Assembly: GCA_030740155.1 (NCBI GenBank)
Contig: JASLXV010000079.1
Location: 1 to 57,185, forward strand
Direction of reading: 5' to 3'
DNA: 57,185 nt
DNA from: Dehalococcoidia bacterium
GTDB taxonomy: Bacteria; Chloroflexota; Dehalococcoidia; Lucifugimonadales; UBA3495
The translations under genes and the position numbers were made by a program. Numbering within the stretch: the first letter of the stretch is position 1; the number at the start of each line of letters is the position of its first letter. The notes beneath the pieces are model-generated. The model searched no databases, was not told the origin of the DNA, and saw only the letters and a program-made list of their open reading frames with translations. Positions 18,972-28,930 of this stretch are shown in pieces.

Positions 18972-20057
18972 ATGGTTATCGGCCCTGAAACCTGGCGGTC
19001 CTGGCTGCCCTTGCTCGCCGGCGCCGGGCTGATGGCGGCGGCGCCCTTCGTTCTCTCCGACTTCAAGGTTATCTTGCTCAGCGAGGTCGTTATCTTCGCC
19101 CTCTTCGCCGTGAGCTATAACCTTCTCCTGGGCTATTGCGGGTTGGTATCCTTCGGCCACGCCGCCCTGTTCGGTTTGGGCGGGTACACGCTGGCCCTCC
19201 TCCTCGCCAAGACCGGGGCCCCTTTCCTGGCCGCCCTAGTGGCGGCGCCGGTTTTGGGAGCCGCTGCTGCCCTGGTCATGGGCTTCCTCGCGTTGCGGCT
19301 GGCCCAAATCTACTTCGCCCTGTTCACCCTGGCGGTCGGTCAGATAGCCTGGAGCGTCGCCAACAAGTGGGTCAGCTTCACCAACGGCGACGACAGCCTG
19401 GCCGTCGCCGCCACGTCCATCCCGGACCCGATCTCTTCACCGGGGAGTGTGTCCCTTTACTTCTTCATTGTGGCCATCGTGGCGGCGGCCCTTCTGGTCC
19501 TCTACCTGGTGGTGAACTCGGCCTTCGGCTACACCCTTCAGGCAATCCGGGAGAACCCCACCCGAGCCGAGTTTGTCGGGGTACCCGTGCGGCACTACCG
19601 GTTGCTGGCCTTCGTCATATCGGGGTTCTTCGCGGGACTGGCCGGGGGGCTTTTCGCCGTTCACAACCATTTTGTCCACCCCGAGATGCTGTTCTGGCTG
19701 CTGGGAGCCCAGGTGCTGCTCATGTCTCTTCTGGGAGGAGTCCACCTATTCTGGGGACCGGCGCTGGGGGCGGGCCTGGTGGTGTATCTCCGAGACTCGG
19801 TGCAAGGGGTGTTTCCCGAGTTGACCGAAAAGCATTTGGGGCAAATCCTGACTCTTGAGGGCCTGACTCTGGGGGCCGCGGCGCTGGTGGTGGCCATCTT
19901 CTTTCCCCTGGGCGTCGGCGGCATGTTGCAACGGGCGGCGCGGCTGGCGACGATGAGGCTTGGGTCGAGGGGCAATGCCCCTAGCGAAGGGCAAGCTTCC
20001 GGTTCCCCGGTGCTTCATGGGCCGGTGGCGGCGGAAGAGCCTCGGGACCGAAGCTGA
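18972..20057 (+). CDS. Liv-type ABC permease (LivM-like)
   Basis: NLLLGYCGLVSFGHAALFGLGGY, AIRENPTRAEFVG. Start codon uncertain. Confidence 0.88.
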   Translation: MVIGPETWRSWLPLLAGAGLMAAAPFVLSDFKVILLSEVVIFALFAVSYNLLLGYCGLVSFGHAALFGLGGYTLALLLAKTGAPFLAALVAAPVLGAAAALVMGFLALRLAQIYFALFTLAVGQIAWSVANKWVSFTNGDDSLAVAATSIPDPISSPGSVSLYFFIVAIVAAALLVLYLVVNSAFGYTLQAIRENPTRAEFVGVPVRHYRLLAFVISGFFAGLAGGLFAVHNHFVHPEMLFWLLGAQVLLMSLLGGVHLFWGPALGAGLVVYLRDSVQGVFPELTEKHLGQILTLEGLTLGAAALVVAIFFPLGVGGMLQRAARLATMRLGSRGNAPSEGQASGSPVLHGPVAAEEPRDRS

Positions 20058-20815
20058 TGGACCCGGCGGGCGAAACCATCCTGAAGACTGAAGGGCTCAA
20101 GAAGCACTTCGGCGGTGTGCGCGCCGTGGACGGCGTGGACTTCAGCCTGCGGGAGGGGGAGATCGGCTCGATCATCGGGCCCAACGGCGCGGGCAAGACC
20201 AGTTTCTTCAATTTGCTAACCGGACACGTTCCCCCCGATTCGGGCACGGTTTTCTTCAAGGGGGAACCGATCACGAGGCTGTCCCCGCATCAAATATGCA
20301 AGCGGGGTATCGGCAGGTCGTTTCAGCGGATCAACATCTTCTCCAGTCTGACGGTGTTCGCGAACGTGCAGGTCGCGGTGCTGTCCCAGCAAGGTAAAAG
20401 CCTGAACCTCTTCTCCCCGGCTCGAAACCTGGTCCGGCGGGAAACCCTTCAAATCCTGGAGAGTGTCGGCCTGAACGAACTCGCTGGGCACACCGCCGCC
20501 TCGCTCTCCCACGGCGACCAGAAGCGGGTGGAGCTGGCCATAGCGCTGGCCAACAATCCTGACCTGTTGCTGCTTGATGAACCCACCGCGGGGATGTCTC
20601 CTCAAGAGACCGCTTCAAGCATCGACCTCATTGAGCGGGTCACCCGGGAGCGGGGGCTGACCCTGCTGTTTACCGAGCACGACATGGACATGGTCTTCTC
20701 CATCTCCCAGACGGTCACGGTGATGCATCAAGGCCGGATCATCGCTTCCGGGACCCCCCAAGGAGTCAGGGGCAACGAGAACGTCCAAAGGGTCTACCTG
20801 GGCGAGACGGTTTGA
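20057..20815 (+). CDS. Liv-type ABC ATPase (LivG-like)
   Basis: GPNGAGKT, LSHG, LLLDEPTAG, EHDMD. Confidence 0.92.
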   Translation: MDPAGETILKTEGLKKHFGGVRAVDGVDFSLREGEIGSIIGPNGAGKTSFFNLLTGHVPPDSGTVFFKGEPITRLSPHQICKRGIGRSFQRINIFSSLTVFANVQVAVLSQQGKSLNLFSPARNLVRRETLQILESVGLNELAGHTAASLSHGDQKRVELAIALANNPDLLLLDEPTAGMSPQETASSIDLIERVTRERGLTLLFTEHDMDMVFSISQTVTVMHQGRIIASGTPQGVRGNENVQRVYLGETV

Positions 20816-21516
20816 TCCTGGAAGCAAATGAAATCCACACTTACTATGGGCTGAGCCACGTCCTTTTCGGTATCTCCCTGTCGATCGCCGAGGGAGAGGT
20901 GGTGGCCTTGCTTGGGAGAAACGGAGCGGGCAAAACCACCACCCTGCGCGGCATCATGGGCCTGACCCCTCCCTCCCGGGGAAGCATCACCTTCATGGGC
21001 GAGGAGATTCAGGGCAAGCCTCCCCACGCCATCGCCCGAAAGGGCGTCGCATTGGTCCCCGAGGACCGGAGGATATTCCCGGACCTGACCGTCCGGGAGA
21101 ACCTGGCGGTGGCCAGAAGGAAACCCCGCGGCACGGCTGGAGGGTGGAGTGTGGAGCGGGTCTACGATCTCTTTTTGGACCTGGAAAAGCTGGACGGCCG
21201 CCTCGGCGTGCACTTGAGCGGAGGAGAGCAGCAGATGCTCGCCATCGCCAGAGCCTTGATGGGCAACCCCCGGCTGCTGCTTCTGGACGAGCCGTCGGAG
21301 GGCCTGGCGCCCCTGGTGGTGCGGCGCCTCGCCGAGCAGGTCCGGAAGCTGAAGGAAGAGGGCATGACCATCCTGGTCACCGAGCAGAATCTGAAGTTCG
21401 CCCTGGAGCTTAGCGACCGGGTCTACGTGCTGGAAAAGGGCGAGGTCCGTTTCGAAAGCAGCTCCCAAGACCTAGAGAGGAATGAAGAGGTCAGGAGGGC
21501 CTATCTGGCGCTGTAA
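20812..21516 (+). CDS. Liv-type ABC ATPase (LivF-like)
   Basis: GRNGAGKTT, LSGGEQQM, LDEPSEGLAP. Confidence 0.92.
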   Translation: MILEANEIHTYYGLSHVLFGISLSIAEGEVVALLGRNGAGKTTTLRGIMGLTPPSRGSITFMGEEIQGKPPHAIARKGVALVPEDRRIFPDLTVRENLAVARRKPRGTAGGWSVERVYDLFLDLEKLDGRLGVHLSGGEQQMLAIARALMGNPRLLLLDEPSEGLAPLVVRRLAEQVRKLKEEGMTILVTEQNLKFALELSDRVYVLEKGEVRFESSSQDLERNEEVRRAYLAL

Positions 21517-21767
21517 CCTACCCTCCGGTGTACCGTTTTGTTTTTGTTACGAGCCTTGAACAAGCCGCCAAACCTGGCGACCAGGAAATCCCACTCAGTC
21601 CCCCTTTGTAAAGGGGGACTGAGTGGGATTCAACAGATCAACCAAGATCTCGATCAAATCCAGCTGTCTATACAGGGGCTGGTAACTGGCTTCCCCTCGG
21701 CGAAATTGTGCGGCATTTCCACCCCACCATCGTCCCCGATTGCATCGGGGCCGCCACCCCCGCCCCG

Positions 21768-22105
21768 CCATCGTCTTTCCGGCGAAGGCCGGAATCTAGG
21801 GAAGCGCTGGCTGGATCCCGGCCTTCGCCGGGATGACGGACCCGGTGTCAAGCCATGCTGCGAGCAGATGGGCTGGACCGAGGGGCTATATGCGAGACGG
21901 CCCGCTATGTCTTGCTCCGTTCACCGCCCCATATTCGTCTTTCCATCGTCTTTCCGGCGAAGGCCGGAATCCAGGGAAGCGCTGGCTTGATCCCGGCCTT
22001 CGCCGGGATAACGGACCCGGTATCAAGCCATGCTACGAGCCGATGGGCCGGATCGTAAGGCCACATGGGAACCAGGGCACCACGTCTTGCTCTGGCGACC
22101 GCCCC
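21768..22105. repeat. Two tandem copies (175-bp period) of a REP doublet plus tail
   Basis: Units start at 21768 and 21943; near-identical over the first ~100 bp, then diverging. Confidence 0.8.
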
Positions 22106-22187
22106 CTCTCAGCCCGCAGGAACTTTTTGCAGCCTCCCCTCGTTTTGATATCAACACCCGATCAAGACTGGATGAGGAGGAATCACC

Positions 22188-23151
22188 ATGCTCAAACCTG
22201 CTCTCTTTTGTGCTTTACTGCTAGCGAGGCTCCTGGTGGCCTGCGGCGGGGAAAGTTTCGCGATACCCGCCACTACGCCGGCCGAAACCCCCGCGGTTAA
22301 CCCGGGGCCGTCCGGGAATCCCATCCCGACGGCTCTACCAACGCCGAGGATGGGCTCAAACTGGGCTATCTCATGGCGCGCGGGAGGATCTGAGCCCGGA
22401 GCGCATCAACGGGTTGATCCTGCTTTCGGACGGCGTGGCCAACGTGGGAAACACCGCGGCGGAATCCATTCTGAAATCCGTCCGCGACAACTCAGCCGAC
22501 GGTGTCACTCTCTCCACGGTGGGCTTCGGAATGGGGAACTTCAATGATGTCCTGATGGAGCGACTCGCCAACGACGGCGACGGCACCTACGCCTACGTGG
22601 ATACCTTAAACGAAGCCCGGCGTATCTTTGTGGAAAACCTTACCGGTACTCTGTATTTGATCGCCAGAGACGCTAAGGTGCAGGTGGATTTCAACCCGGA
22701 AGTGGTGAGCCGCTTTCGCCTCTTGGGATACGAGAACCGCCGGGTGGCCGACCGGGACTTCCGCAACGACGCGGTGGACGCCGGCGAAGTGGGGTCCGGC
22801 CACAACGTGACGGCCCTCTGCGAACTGAAGCTCCTCCCCGGGGCCGAAGGCCGCCTGGCCACCGTGAACGTGAGGTACGAGGACCCCGACACGGGTGAAG
22901 TGACTGAGATCGGCCGCGACTTCTATCGCAACCAGCTCAGCGCAACCTTTGCAGCGGCCTCTCCCCGCTTCCAACTCGACGCGGCGGTGGCGGAGTACGC
23001 CGAGATACTGCGCGAGAGCTTCTGGTCTCTGGAAAGCAGCATGGAGGGCGTGCGCGCCGTGGCCGGGCGGGTGAGCGGCTTCTTGCCGGACGGCCCCGAC
23101 GTAACGGAGTTTCTGTACCTTGTTACTCAAGCGGCCCTCATCGCGGGCTAG
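22188..23151 (+). pseudogene. Degraded vWA/YfbK (DUF3520)-type lipoprotein gene
   Basis: Lipoprotein start LVACGG, then PDGSTNAEDGLKLGY in another frame, then ILLSDGVANVG..IARDAKVQVDFNPEVV..YENR in a further frame. The N-terminal vWA half is missing. Confidence 0.7.
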
Positions 23152-23427
23152 GTGTGAGTCGATGAGGAGTATCGAAACGATCCACCCTAACTGCCTACCC
23201 TAGACAGCTTCCCCGTTGGGCCCCGAATGGCCCCCGCCGCTCGGTGCCCAACGGGGCCGTCTCCGCCCTCCCTGGCCACTACACACCCCCATGCCCGGAG
23301 CATCTTGGCTACCTGCTCCCAAAGCCGAGCAGCGGCCCCCCTGTCGTGTGGCGGACGCTGCCGCCCTGTGCCATAATAGGCCTGACCTGGTCAACCAGTT
23401 ACGTTAGAGGAACGGTGAGCCGGTAAG

Positions 23428-24207
23428 ATGGCCGACGGACGCTCCATTCTGGAAGTACAGGAAGTGGTGAAAGATTTCGACGGCCTCCGGGCGGTCAGCG
23501 GCTGCTCCTTTAATGTCAAGGAAGGGACGATCACGGGGCTGATCGGCCCCAACGGGGCCGGGAAGACCACCCTATTCAACCTGATAACCGGGTTCTTGCG
23601 CTGCAGCGGTGGCCAGATTCTCTTCGACGGTGAACGTATCGATGGGCTGGCGCCTCACCAACTTTTCCGCAGGGGCATCGTACGGACCTTCCAGATACCC
23701 CGGGAACTCAAGCGTATGACCGTCCTGGAAAACCTGATGGTGGTGCCGTCTGGCCAAGCTGGGGAACAGGTCTGGAACTCCTGGTTCCTGCCCTGGCGGG
23801 TGAAACGCCAGGAACTCGAATTCGAGGCCCGGGCCGTGGACGTCCTGGAGTTCGTGAATCTGATACATCTCAAAGACGAATACGCGGGCAACCTCTCGAC
23901 GGGCCAGAAGAAGCTGCTGGAGTTGGCCAGGACGCTGATGGCCGAGCCCAAATTGGTGTTGCTGGACGAGCCGGGAGCCGGGGTGAACCCGACCTTGATG
24001 AAGGACTTGGCCGAGAATATTCGGCTGTCCTGTGTCGAACGAGGGCTGAGCTTTCTGCTGATCGAGCACGACATGAACCTGGTGATGCGCCTTTGCAACC
24101 CAGTGATCGTCATGGCCGAGGGTCGAAAGATCGCTGAAGGTACGCCAGAGGAAGTGCAGCGGGACCCGCAGGTGCTGCAGGCATATCTGGGCGGTTGGAC
24201 AGAATGA
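23428..24207 (+). CDS. Liv-type ABC ATPase (LivG-like)
   Basis: GPNGAGKTT, LDEPGAGVNP, IEHDMN. Confidence 0.92.
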   Translation: MADGRSILEVQEVVKDFDGLRAVSGCSFNVKEGTITGLIGPNGAGKTTLFNLITGFLRCSGGQILFDGERIDGLAPHQLFRRGIVRTFQIPRELKRMTVLENLMVVPSGQAGEQVWNSWFLPWRVKRQELEFEARAVDVLEFVNLIHLKDEYAGNLSTGQKKLLELARTLMAEPKLVLLDEPGAGVNPTLMKDLAENIRLSCVERGLSFLLIEHDMNLVMRLCNPVIVMAEGRKIAEGTPEEVQRDPQVLQAYLGGWTE

Positions 24208-24908
24208 GCCTCCTGGAGGTCTCGGAGGTGGTTGCCGGGTATGGGGATTCCGAGATCCTCCACGGTGTCTCAATAAATGTCGGGCAGGGAGAGATAGTCA
24301 CCATCATCGGCCCCAACGGGTCGGGCAAGTCAACCCTGCTCAAGACGGTGCTGGGCCTGGTGCATCCCAAAAGGGGCAGCGTGAGTTTCCGGGGCCGGAA
24401 TGTCACCGGCATGGCCCCGGAATCCATCGTGCGCCGGGGCCTGTGTTACGTCCCCCAGTCCAACAACGTCTTCCCTTCCCTCTCCATCCAGGAGAACCTG
24501 GAGATGGGCGCCTTCGTTCGCACCGACGACTACCGGGGGCGGCTGGAAGAAGTGTACGCTCTTTTTCCCGACCTGGCGGGGCGACGCAAGGCCCGGGGCG
24601 GCACCCTCTCCGGAGGGCAGCGGCAGATGCTGGCGGTAGCCCGGGCCCTCATGTTGGACCCGGTGTTGCTGATGCTAGACGAGCCATCGGCCGGCCTGGC
24701 GCCCAACATGGTGGATCTGATCTTCCAGAGGATTATCGAGATCAACGCCACCGGCGTGGCCCTGCTGCTGGTCGAGCAGAATGCCCGGCAAGCCCTCAAG
24801 CATTCCCACAAGGGGTACGCGATGGCCGCCGGCCGGAAGGTGTTGGAGGACCGGGGCGAGTGCTTGCTGGAGAATCCAGAAGTGGCGCGGCTTTACCTGG
24901 GAGGCTGA
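24204..24908 (+). CDS. Liv-type ABC ATPase (LivF-like)
   Basis: GPNGSGKST, LSGGQRQM, LDEPSAGLAP, VEQNA. Confidence 0.92.
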   Translation: MSLLEVSEVVAGYGDSEILHGVSINVGQGEIVTIIGPNGSGKSTLLKTVLGLVHPKRGSVSFRGRNVTGMAPESIVRRGLCYVPQSNNVFPSLSIQENLEMGAFVRTDDYRGRLEEVYALFPDLAGRRKARGGTLSGGQRQMLAVARALMLDPVLLMLDEPSAGLAPNMVDLIFQRIIEINATGVALLLVEQNARQALKHSHKGYAMAAGRKVLEDRGECLLENPEVARLYLGG

Positions 24909-24932
24909 TGCATTGATAGCGAGACCGGCAAG

Positions 24933-25946
24933 GTGACCGAGAGATATAATCGCCCGCCCCGGCGCTGGGGCGCCGGCCATGGGGTGCTTGCGGCATTCCT
25001 GGTGGTTCTCGTCCTCGCCTTCTCCTCCGTTATCAAGATGGAACTCGTGGTGAACGGCCTGTTCCTCGGGATGATCATCGCCCTGGGGGCCATCGGCCTC
25101 TCGCTGCTGTACGGCATCCTCAAGTTCGCCCACATCGCCCACGGCGACTTCATGACCCTCGGCGCCTACACGGGCTTCTTCCTGTTGGGCAACCTCTTCC
25201 CGCGCCTGGGGTTGGAGGCAGAGGGATTCGGACCCTTCACATTCGGCTATCCCTTACTCTTGGCTATCCCTCTGGTTGGGGCAACCATGGCCGGCCTGGC
25301 GATTGCCCTGGACGTGGGTGTCTACCGGCGGCTGAGGTCCCGGCGGGTCAGCCCGGTGGTCTTGGCCATGGCCTCCCTGGGCTTGGCGATCGCCCTTCGA
25401 GGCCTGGTCCAGATAATCTGGGGTGGCGGCACCGAACAGTACCCGCGTCTTTCCAAACCTTTCTACCAACTCCCCATGGGGGTCCGCATTCCGCCGGACC
25501 ACGTCTTCATAGGGGCGTTGGTGCTGGTGCTGGTCCTTGGCCTCTACCTGTATCTGACCCGCACCAAGATGGGCAAGGCGATGCGCGCCACCTCGGACAA
25601 CATGGATTTAGCTAGAGTCAGCGGCATCAGCACGGAACGGGTAATCTGGTGGACGTGGGCCGTCGGGGCTATTCTGGCCGCCACCGCGGGGGTGTTGCTC
25701 GCGGTGTTTCAGGCGCAACTGTTCCCTATCATGGGTTGGCGATTCCTGCTCTCCCTCTTCGCGGCGGTGATCCTCGGCGGGATCGGCAATCCCTACGGCG
25801 CCCTGGTCGGGGCCCTGATGATCGGCGTTACCGCCGAAGTCTCCACCGAGTGGATCAACCCCACCTACAAGCCCGCCATCGCCTTTCTGATCTTGATCTT
25901 CATGCTCTTGGTGCGCCCCCAGGGGATCTTTGGGGAGAAGGCCTGA
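24933..25946 (+). CDS. Liv-type ABC permease (LivH-like)
   Basis: GLSLLYGILKFAHIAHGD, GKAMRA, ILGGIGNP, RPQGIFG. Confidence 0.9.
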   Translation: MTERYNRPPRRWGAGHGVLAAFLVVLVLAFSSVIKMELVVNGLFLGMIIALGAIGLSLLYGILKFAHIAHGDFMTLGAYTGFFLLGNLFPRLGLEAEGFGPFTFGYPLLLAIPLVGATMAGLAIALDVGVYRRLRSRRVSPVVLAMASLGLAIALRGLVQIIWGGGTEQYPRLSKPFYQLPMGVRIPPDHVFIGALVLVLVLGLYLYLTRTKMGKAMRATSDNMDLARVSGISTERVIWWTWAVGAILAATAGVLLAVFQAQLFPIMGWRFLLSLFAAVILGGIGNPYGALVGALMIGVTAEVSTEWINPTYKPAIAFLILIFMLLVRPQGIFGEKA

Positions 25947-26959
25947 TGGATTTCGCCGGTACCGCGAGCTACCTCAGCGGGTTTGCCATCCTGGCGGGGA
26001 TCTACGCGGTCTTCGCCCTGGGGCTCAACGTCCATTGGGGCTACACCGGGTTGTTCAACATCGGGATCGCCGGGTTCTTCGCCCTGGGAGCCTACACCAC
26101 GGCGCTGCTGACGACGGCGTCGCCCGACCCGGCGCTGTTCGAGGACTTCAAGTTTGGCGGGAACCTCGTGGAGAACCTGGGGCCGGCGAACCTGGGCGTC
26201 GACCTTTGGTTCCTGGTAGCGTTGCTGGCGGCGGGAGCCGTGTGCGGCCTGGTGGCCCTGGCCATCGGGTTCATTACCCTGAGGCTCCGGGACGACTATC
26301 TGGCCATCGCCACCCTAGGCATCGCCGAAGGAGTCCGCCTGGTCTTCCTGAACGAGAAGTGGCTGGCCAACGGCTCCAAGGGCCTCTACCGGATTCCCAA
26401 GTTCCTCGGGGACGTGATTTCGCCCAAGAATTACGACTACCTGTACCTGGTGGTGGTTCTGGTCGTTCTGGCTATCCTGTATGTCTCCGTCGAGCGGGTG
26501 CTCCGGTCGCCCTGGGGAAGGGCGCTGAAGGCCATCCGTGAAGACGAGATGTCCGCCGCCGCCAGCGGGAAGAACGTGTTCGCCTTCAAGCTCCAGTCCT
26601 TCGTGATGGGGGCGGTAATCATGGGCTTCGGCGGCGCCCTCTACGCCCACAACATCCGGTTCGTCGACCCTCGCACCTTCGATCCCCTTCTGGCCACCTT
26701 TGTAATATGGGCCATGCTGATGGTAGGCGGCAGCGGCAACAACCTCGGTGCGATACTGGGGGCCTTTGTCGTGTGGGGCATCTGGACCGGGACCCAGTTT
26801 CTCCCCGGCTTCCTCTCCGATCCCAACTTCCGGTTCTTCATGGTTGGCTTCCTGGTTGTGGCGGCGATCCTGTTGCGACCGGAAGGCATCCTGGGCGAGC
26901 GGAGAGTGACCTCCCGGCCCGTACCGGCGGATGCGGAGGCCGCGGCAGCGGAGCCGTAG
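25946..26959 (+). CDS. Liv-type ABC permease (LivM-like)
   Basis: LGLNVHWGYTGLFNIG, RLRDDYLAIATLG, SPWGRALKAIRED. Confidence 0.9.
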   Translation: MDFAGTASYLSGFAILAGIYAVFALGLNVHWGYTGLFNIGIAGFFALGAYTTALLTTASPDPALFEDFKFGGNLVENLGPANLGVDLWFLVALLAAGAVCGLVALAIGFITLRLRDDYLAIATLGIAEGVRLVFLNEKWLANGSKGLYRIPKFLGDVISPKNYDYLYLVVVLVVLAILYVSVERVLRSPWGRALKAIREDEMSAAASGKNVFAFKLQSFVMGAVIMGFGGALYAHNIRFVDPRTFDPLLATFVIWAMLMVGGSGNNLGAILGAFVVWGIWTGTQFLPGFLSDPNFRFFMVGFLVVAAILLRPEGILGERRVTSRPVPADAEAAAAEP

Positions 26960-27259
26960 CTCAGGCGGCCTCTACCGCTGGCCGCCTCTTCGGATCGTGC
27001 CTCCGCATGACCTGAGGCTCCCCGTTGTTTCGCTCGGCGGGATGACGGTCTTGAGGTAAAGTCCCCGTCCGGTCTCTCGGGATCGTGGCTCAACGGTTTC
27101 ACCGGGCGAGCCGTATTGCTGGCTGCCGGACCGGGACAGCACGAGGAAGCCCCCAGGCTCCGCATATTCAAATGGAGCCTGGGGGCCATTTAGCTGCCGG
27201 TGTCGCCCAGCCGAGGCATCAGCCCCGGACCGGGCGTTGTAGACCGGTCCTGAGTCCCG

Positions 27260-28516
27260 CTACGGGAGTTCGAACCTGTCGGTGGAGACGATCTCTCCGC
27301 CCTCGATCTTCCAGATCTCGATGGTGGATATGACGTCGCCATTCTCGTCGAAGTCCTGGGACCCCCCAGCTCCTTCGTAGTTGACGTCCTGGCCGGCCTG
27401 GATCAGCTCCAAGGCGCGTTTGATGCTATCGACGCCGGGCCCCACCTTCTCGCCGGGGGCGTTGGCGACGCTGCGGAGCGCGTCCCGGATCTTGGCGGAG
27501 TCGGTGGTCGTGCCGGCCTTTTCGGCGGCCAAAGCGATGAGCACCACGGCATCATAGGTCTCGGCCATGAAGGGAAGCGGCGGCACGCTGGCGAAAGACG
27601 CGGCATAGGCATCGTTGAAGGCGGTGCGGGCGCCGGTCAATGACGAGCCCGGGGCCGTACCGAAGGTCCCCTCCAGGTTGTCCGCCCCGATGGCCGCGTT
27701 GAGGTCGTCGGACTTGGTCCCGTCCACGAAGAGGAAGGTGGAGATGTAGTCGCCTTCCAGGGCCTCGCGGAGGTATACTTCGGCGCTTTCAGGGTAGCTG
27801 ATGGCTACCAGGACATCCGGGCCGCCGCCGGTCGCCTTGCTCAGCTCCGAGGCGTAGCTGGGTTGGGTCCCTTCATGGGCCACCAACTCCTGGACGGTGC
27901 CGCCCTCAGCCTCGAAGGTCTCTTTGAACTGTTCGGCCAGACCCTCGCCGTAGGCGTTATTGATGTAGAGGGCCGAGGCGGAGGTGAAGCCCTGTTCTTT
28001 GGCCAGCCGGGCCAGAACGACGCCCTGAGCGGCGTCCGAGACGGTAGTCCGGAACATGAAATCGTTGTCTTCCAGCACGGTTATTGCCGGTGAGGTGGAG
28101 GCAGCGGAGATCTGGAGAATCCCGCTGGGCCCGGTTACCGATTGGACCACGGGGATGGTGACGCCGCTGGCCAATGCGCCGACGATCGCCACGACGCCCT
28201 CAATGTCGACCAGGGCCCGGGCGGCGTCCACGCCTACCTGCGCGTTGGTCTGGGTGTCTCGGGCCGATATGGTCACCACGGTGCCAAGAACACCGCCGGC
28301 TTGGTTGACGTGGTCGCCGGCTAGGGCCCCGGAGTTCCGGTGGGCCGTGCCGAAGTCGGAAAGGTCGCCGGTGAAGCTGTTCAGTTGCCCAACTTTGAGG
28401 GGCGTGGCCGTGGGCGCGGGCGTAGCCGTTGCACTGCTTCCGCAGGCAACCGCCAGGAGGGCTAGGCTCATCGCTAGCACCAACAGGGCGATAAAGGGTT
28501 TCTTGAGCGCAGACAT
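27260..28516 (-). CDS. Liv-type ABC substrate-binding lipoprotein, convergent on its transporter genes
   Basis: Lipobox AVAC, VNQAGGVLG, GALASGVT, STSPAIT, FRTTVSD. Confidence 0.9.
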   Translation of the reverse strand: MSALKKPFIALLVLAMSLALLAVACGSSATATPAPTATPLKVGQLNSFTGDLSDFGTAHRNSGALAGDHVNQAGGVLGTVVTISARDTQTNAQVGVDAARALVDIEGVVAIVGALASGVTIPVVQSVTGPSGILQISAASTSPAITVLEDNDFMFRTTVSDAAQGVVLARLAKEQGFTSASALYINNAYGEGLAEQFKETFEAEGGTVQELVAHEGTQPSYASELSKATGGGPDVLVAISYPESAEVYLREALEGDYISTFLFVDGTKSDDLNAAIGADNLEGTFGTAPGSSLTGARTAFNDAYAASFASVPPLPFMAETYDAVVLIALAAEKAGTTTDSAKIRDALRSVANAPGEKVGPGVDSIKRALELIQAGQDVNYEGAGGSQDFDENGDVISTIEIWKIEGGEIVSTDRFELP

Positions 28517-28666
28517 TGCGACCCCCTTAACATAATCTTGCAGTTATTACGTGAAATCCTCCTAGATCGGGCGCTATTATAGTAGAATTTCCCAATAGGC
28601 GCAATCCAGTCTTACGGGATTCTTGAATTAAGTCCGCCTCGGCAATTTCGCGCCGCTCCACGCCGG

Positions 28667-28695
28667 TTGACTTTGGCCTGCTTCGGGTTTACTTT
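28667..28695 (+). promoter_or_regulatory. Sigma70-like promoter for the first grdB-like operon
   Basis: TTGACT, 17-nt spacer, TACTTT. Confidence 0.55.
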
Positions 28696-28702
28696 GAAAG
28701 TG

Positions 28703-28855
28703 CACTCAGGGAGAGTGAAACTCGGGAGCAACTGCCCCAGGAGCTTCGCCCCCACGGACGGCTGCTTTTCCCGGCCACCTCGATAATGAGGGGACGGGGG
28801 ATGATCCTGCTGGCGGGGTCAAAGGCGTCCCAAGGATGAAGCAGCGGGGCGAAGC
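28703..28855 (+). promoter_or_regulatory. Structured 5' leader (candidate cis-regulatory RNA)
   Basis: Four nested stems plus side hairpins; G-U pairs favour the plus strand. Confidence 0.45.
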
Positions 28856-28930
28856 GGTTTGCAGGTAGTCAACCGGAGAGCAAGCCGTCGCCGAGGGCAA
28901 GAGAATGCTGGGCGAGGAAAGAGGTACGAC

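Noticed and set aside
28700..28745. Glycine riboswitch (GGAGAG..GGAGCAA..CAGG) before the grdB-like gene
   Set aside because: The CCGAAG and CUCUCAGG core elements are missing. Kept only as an unassigned structured leader.
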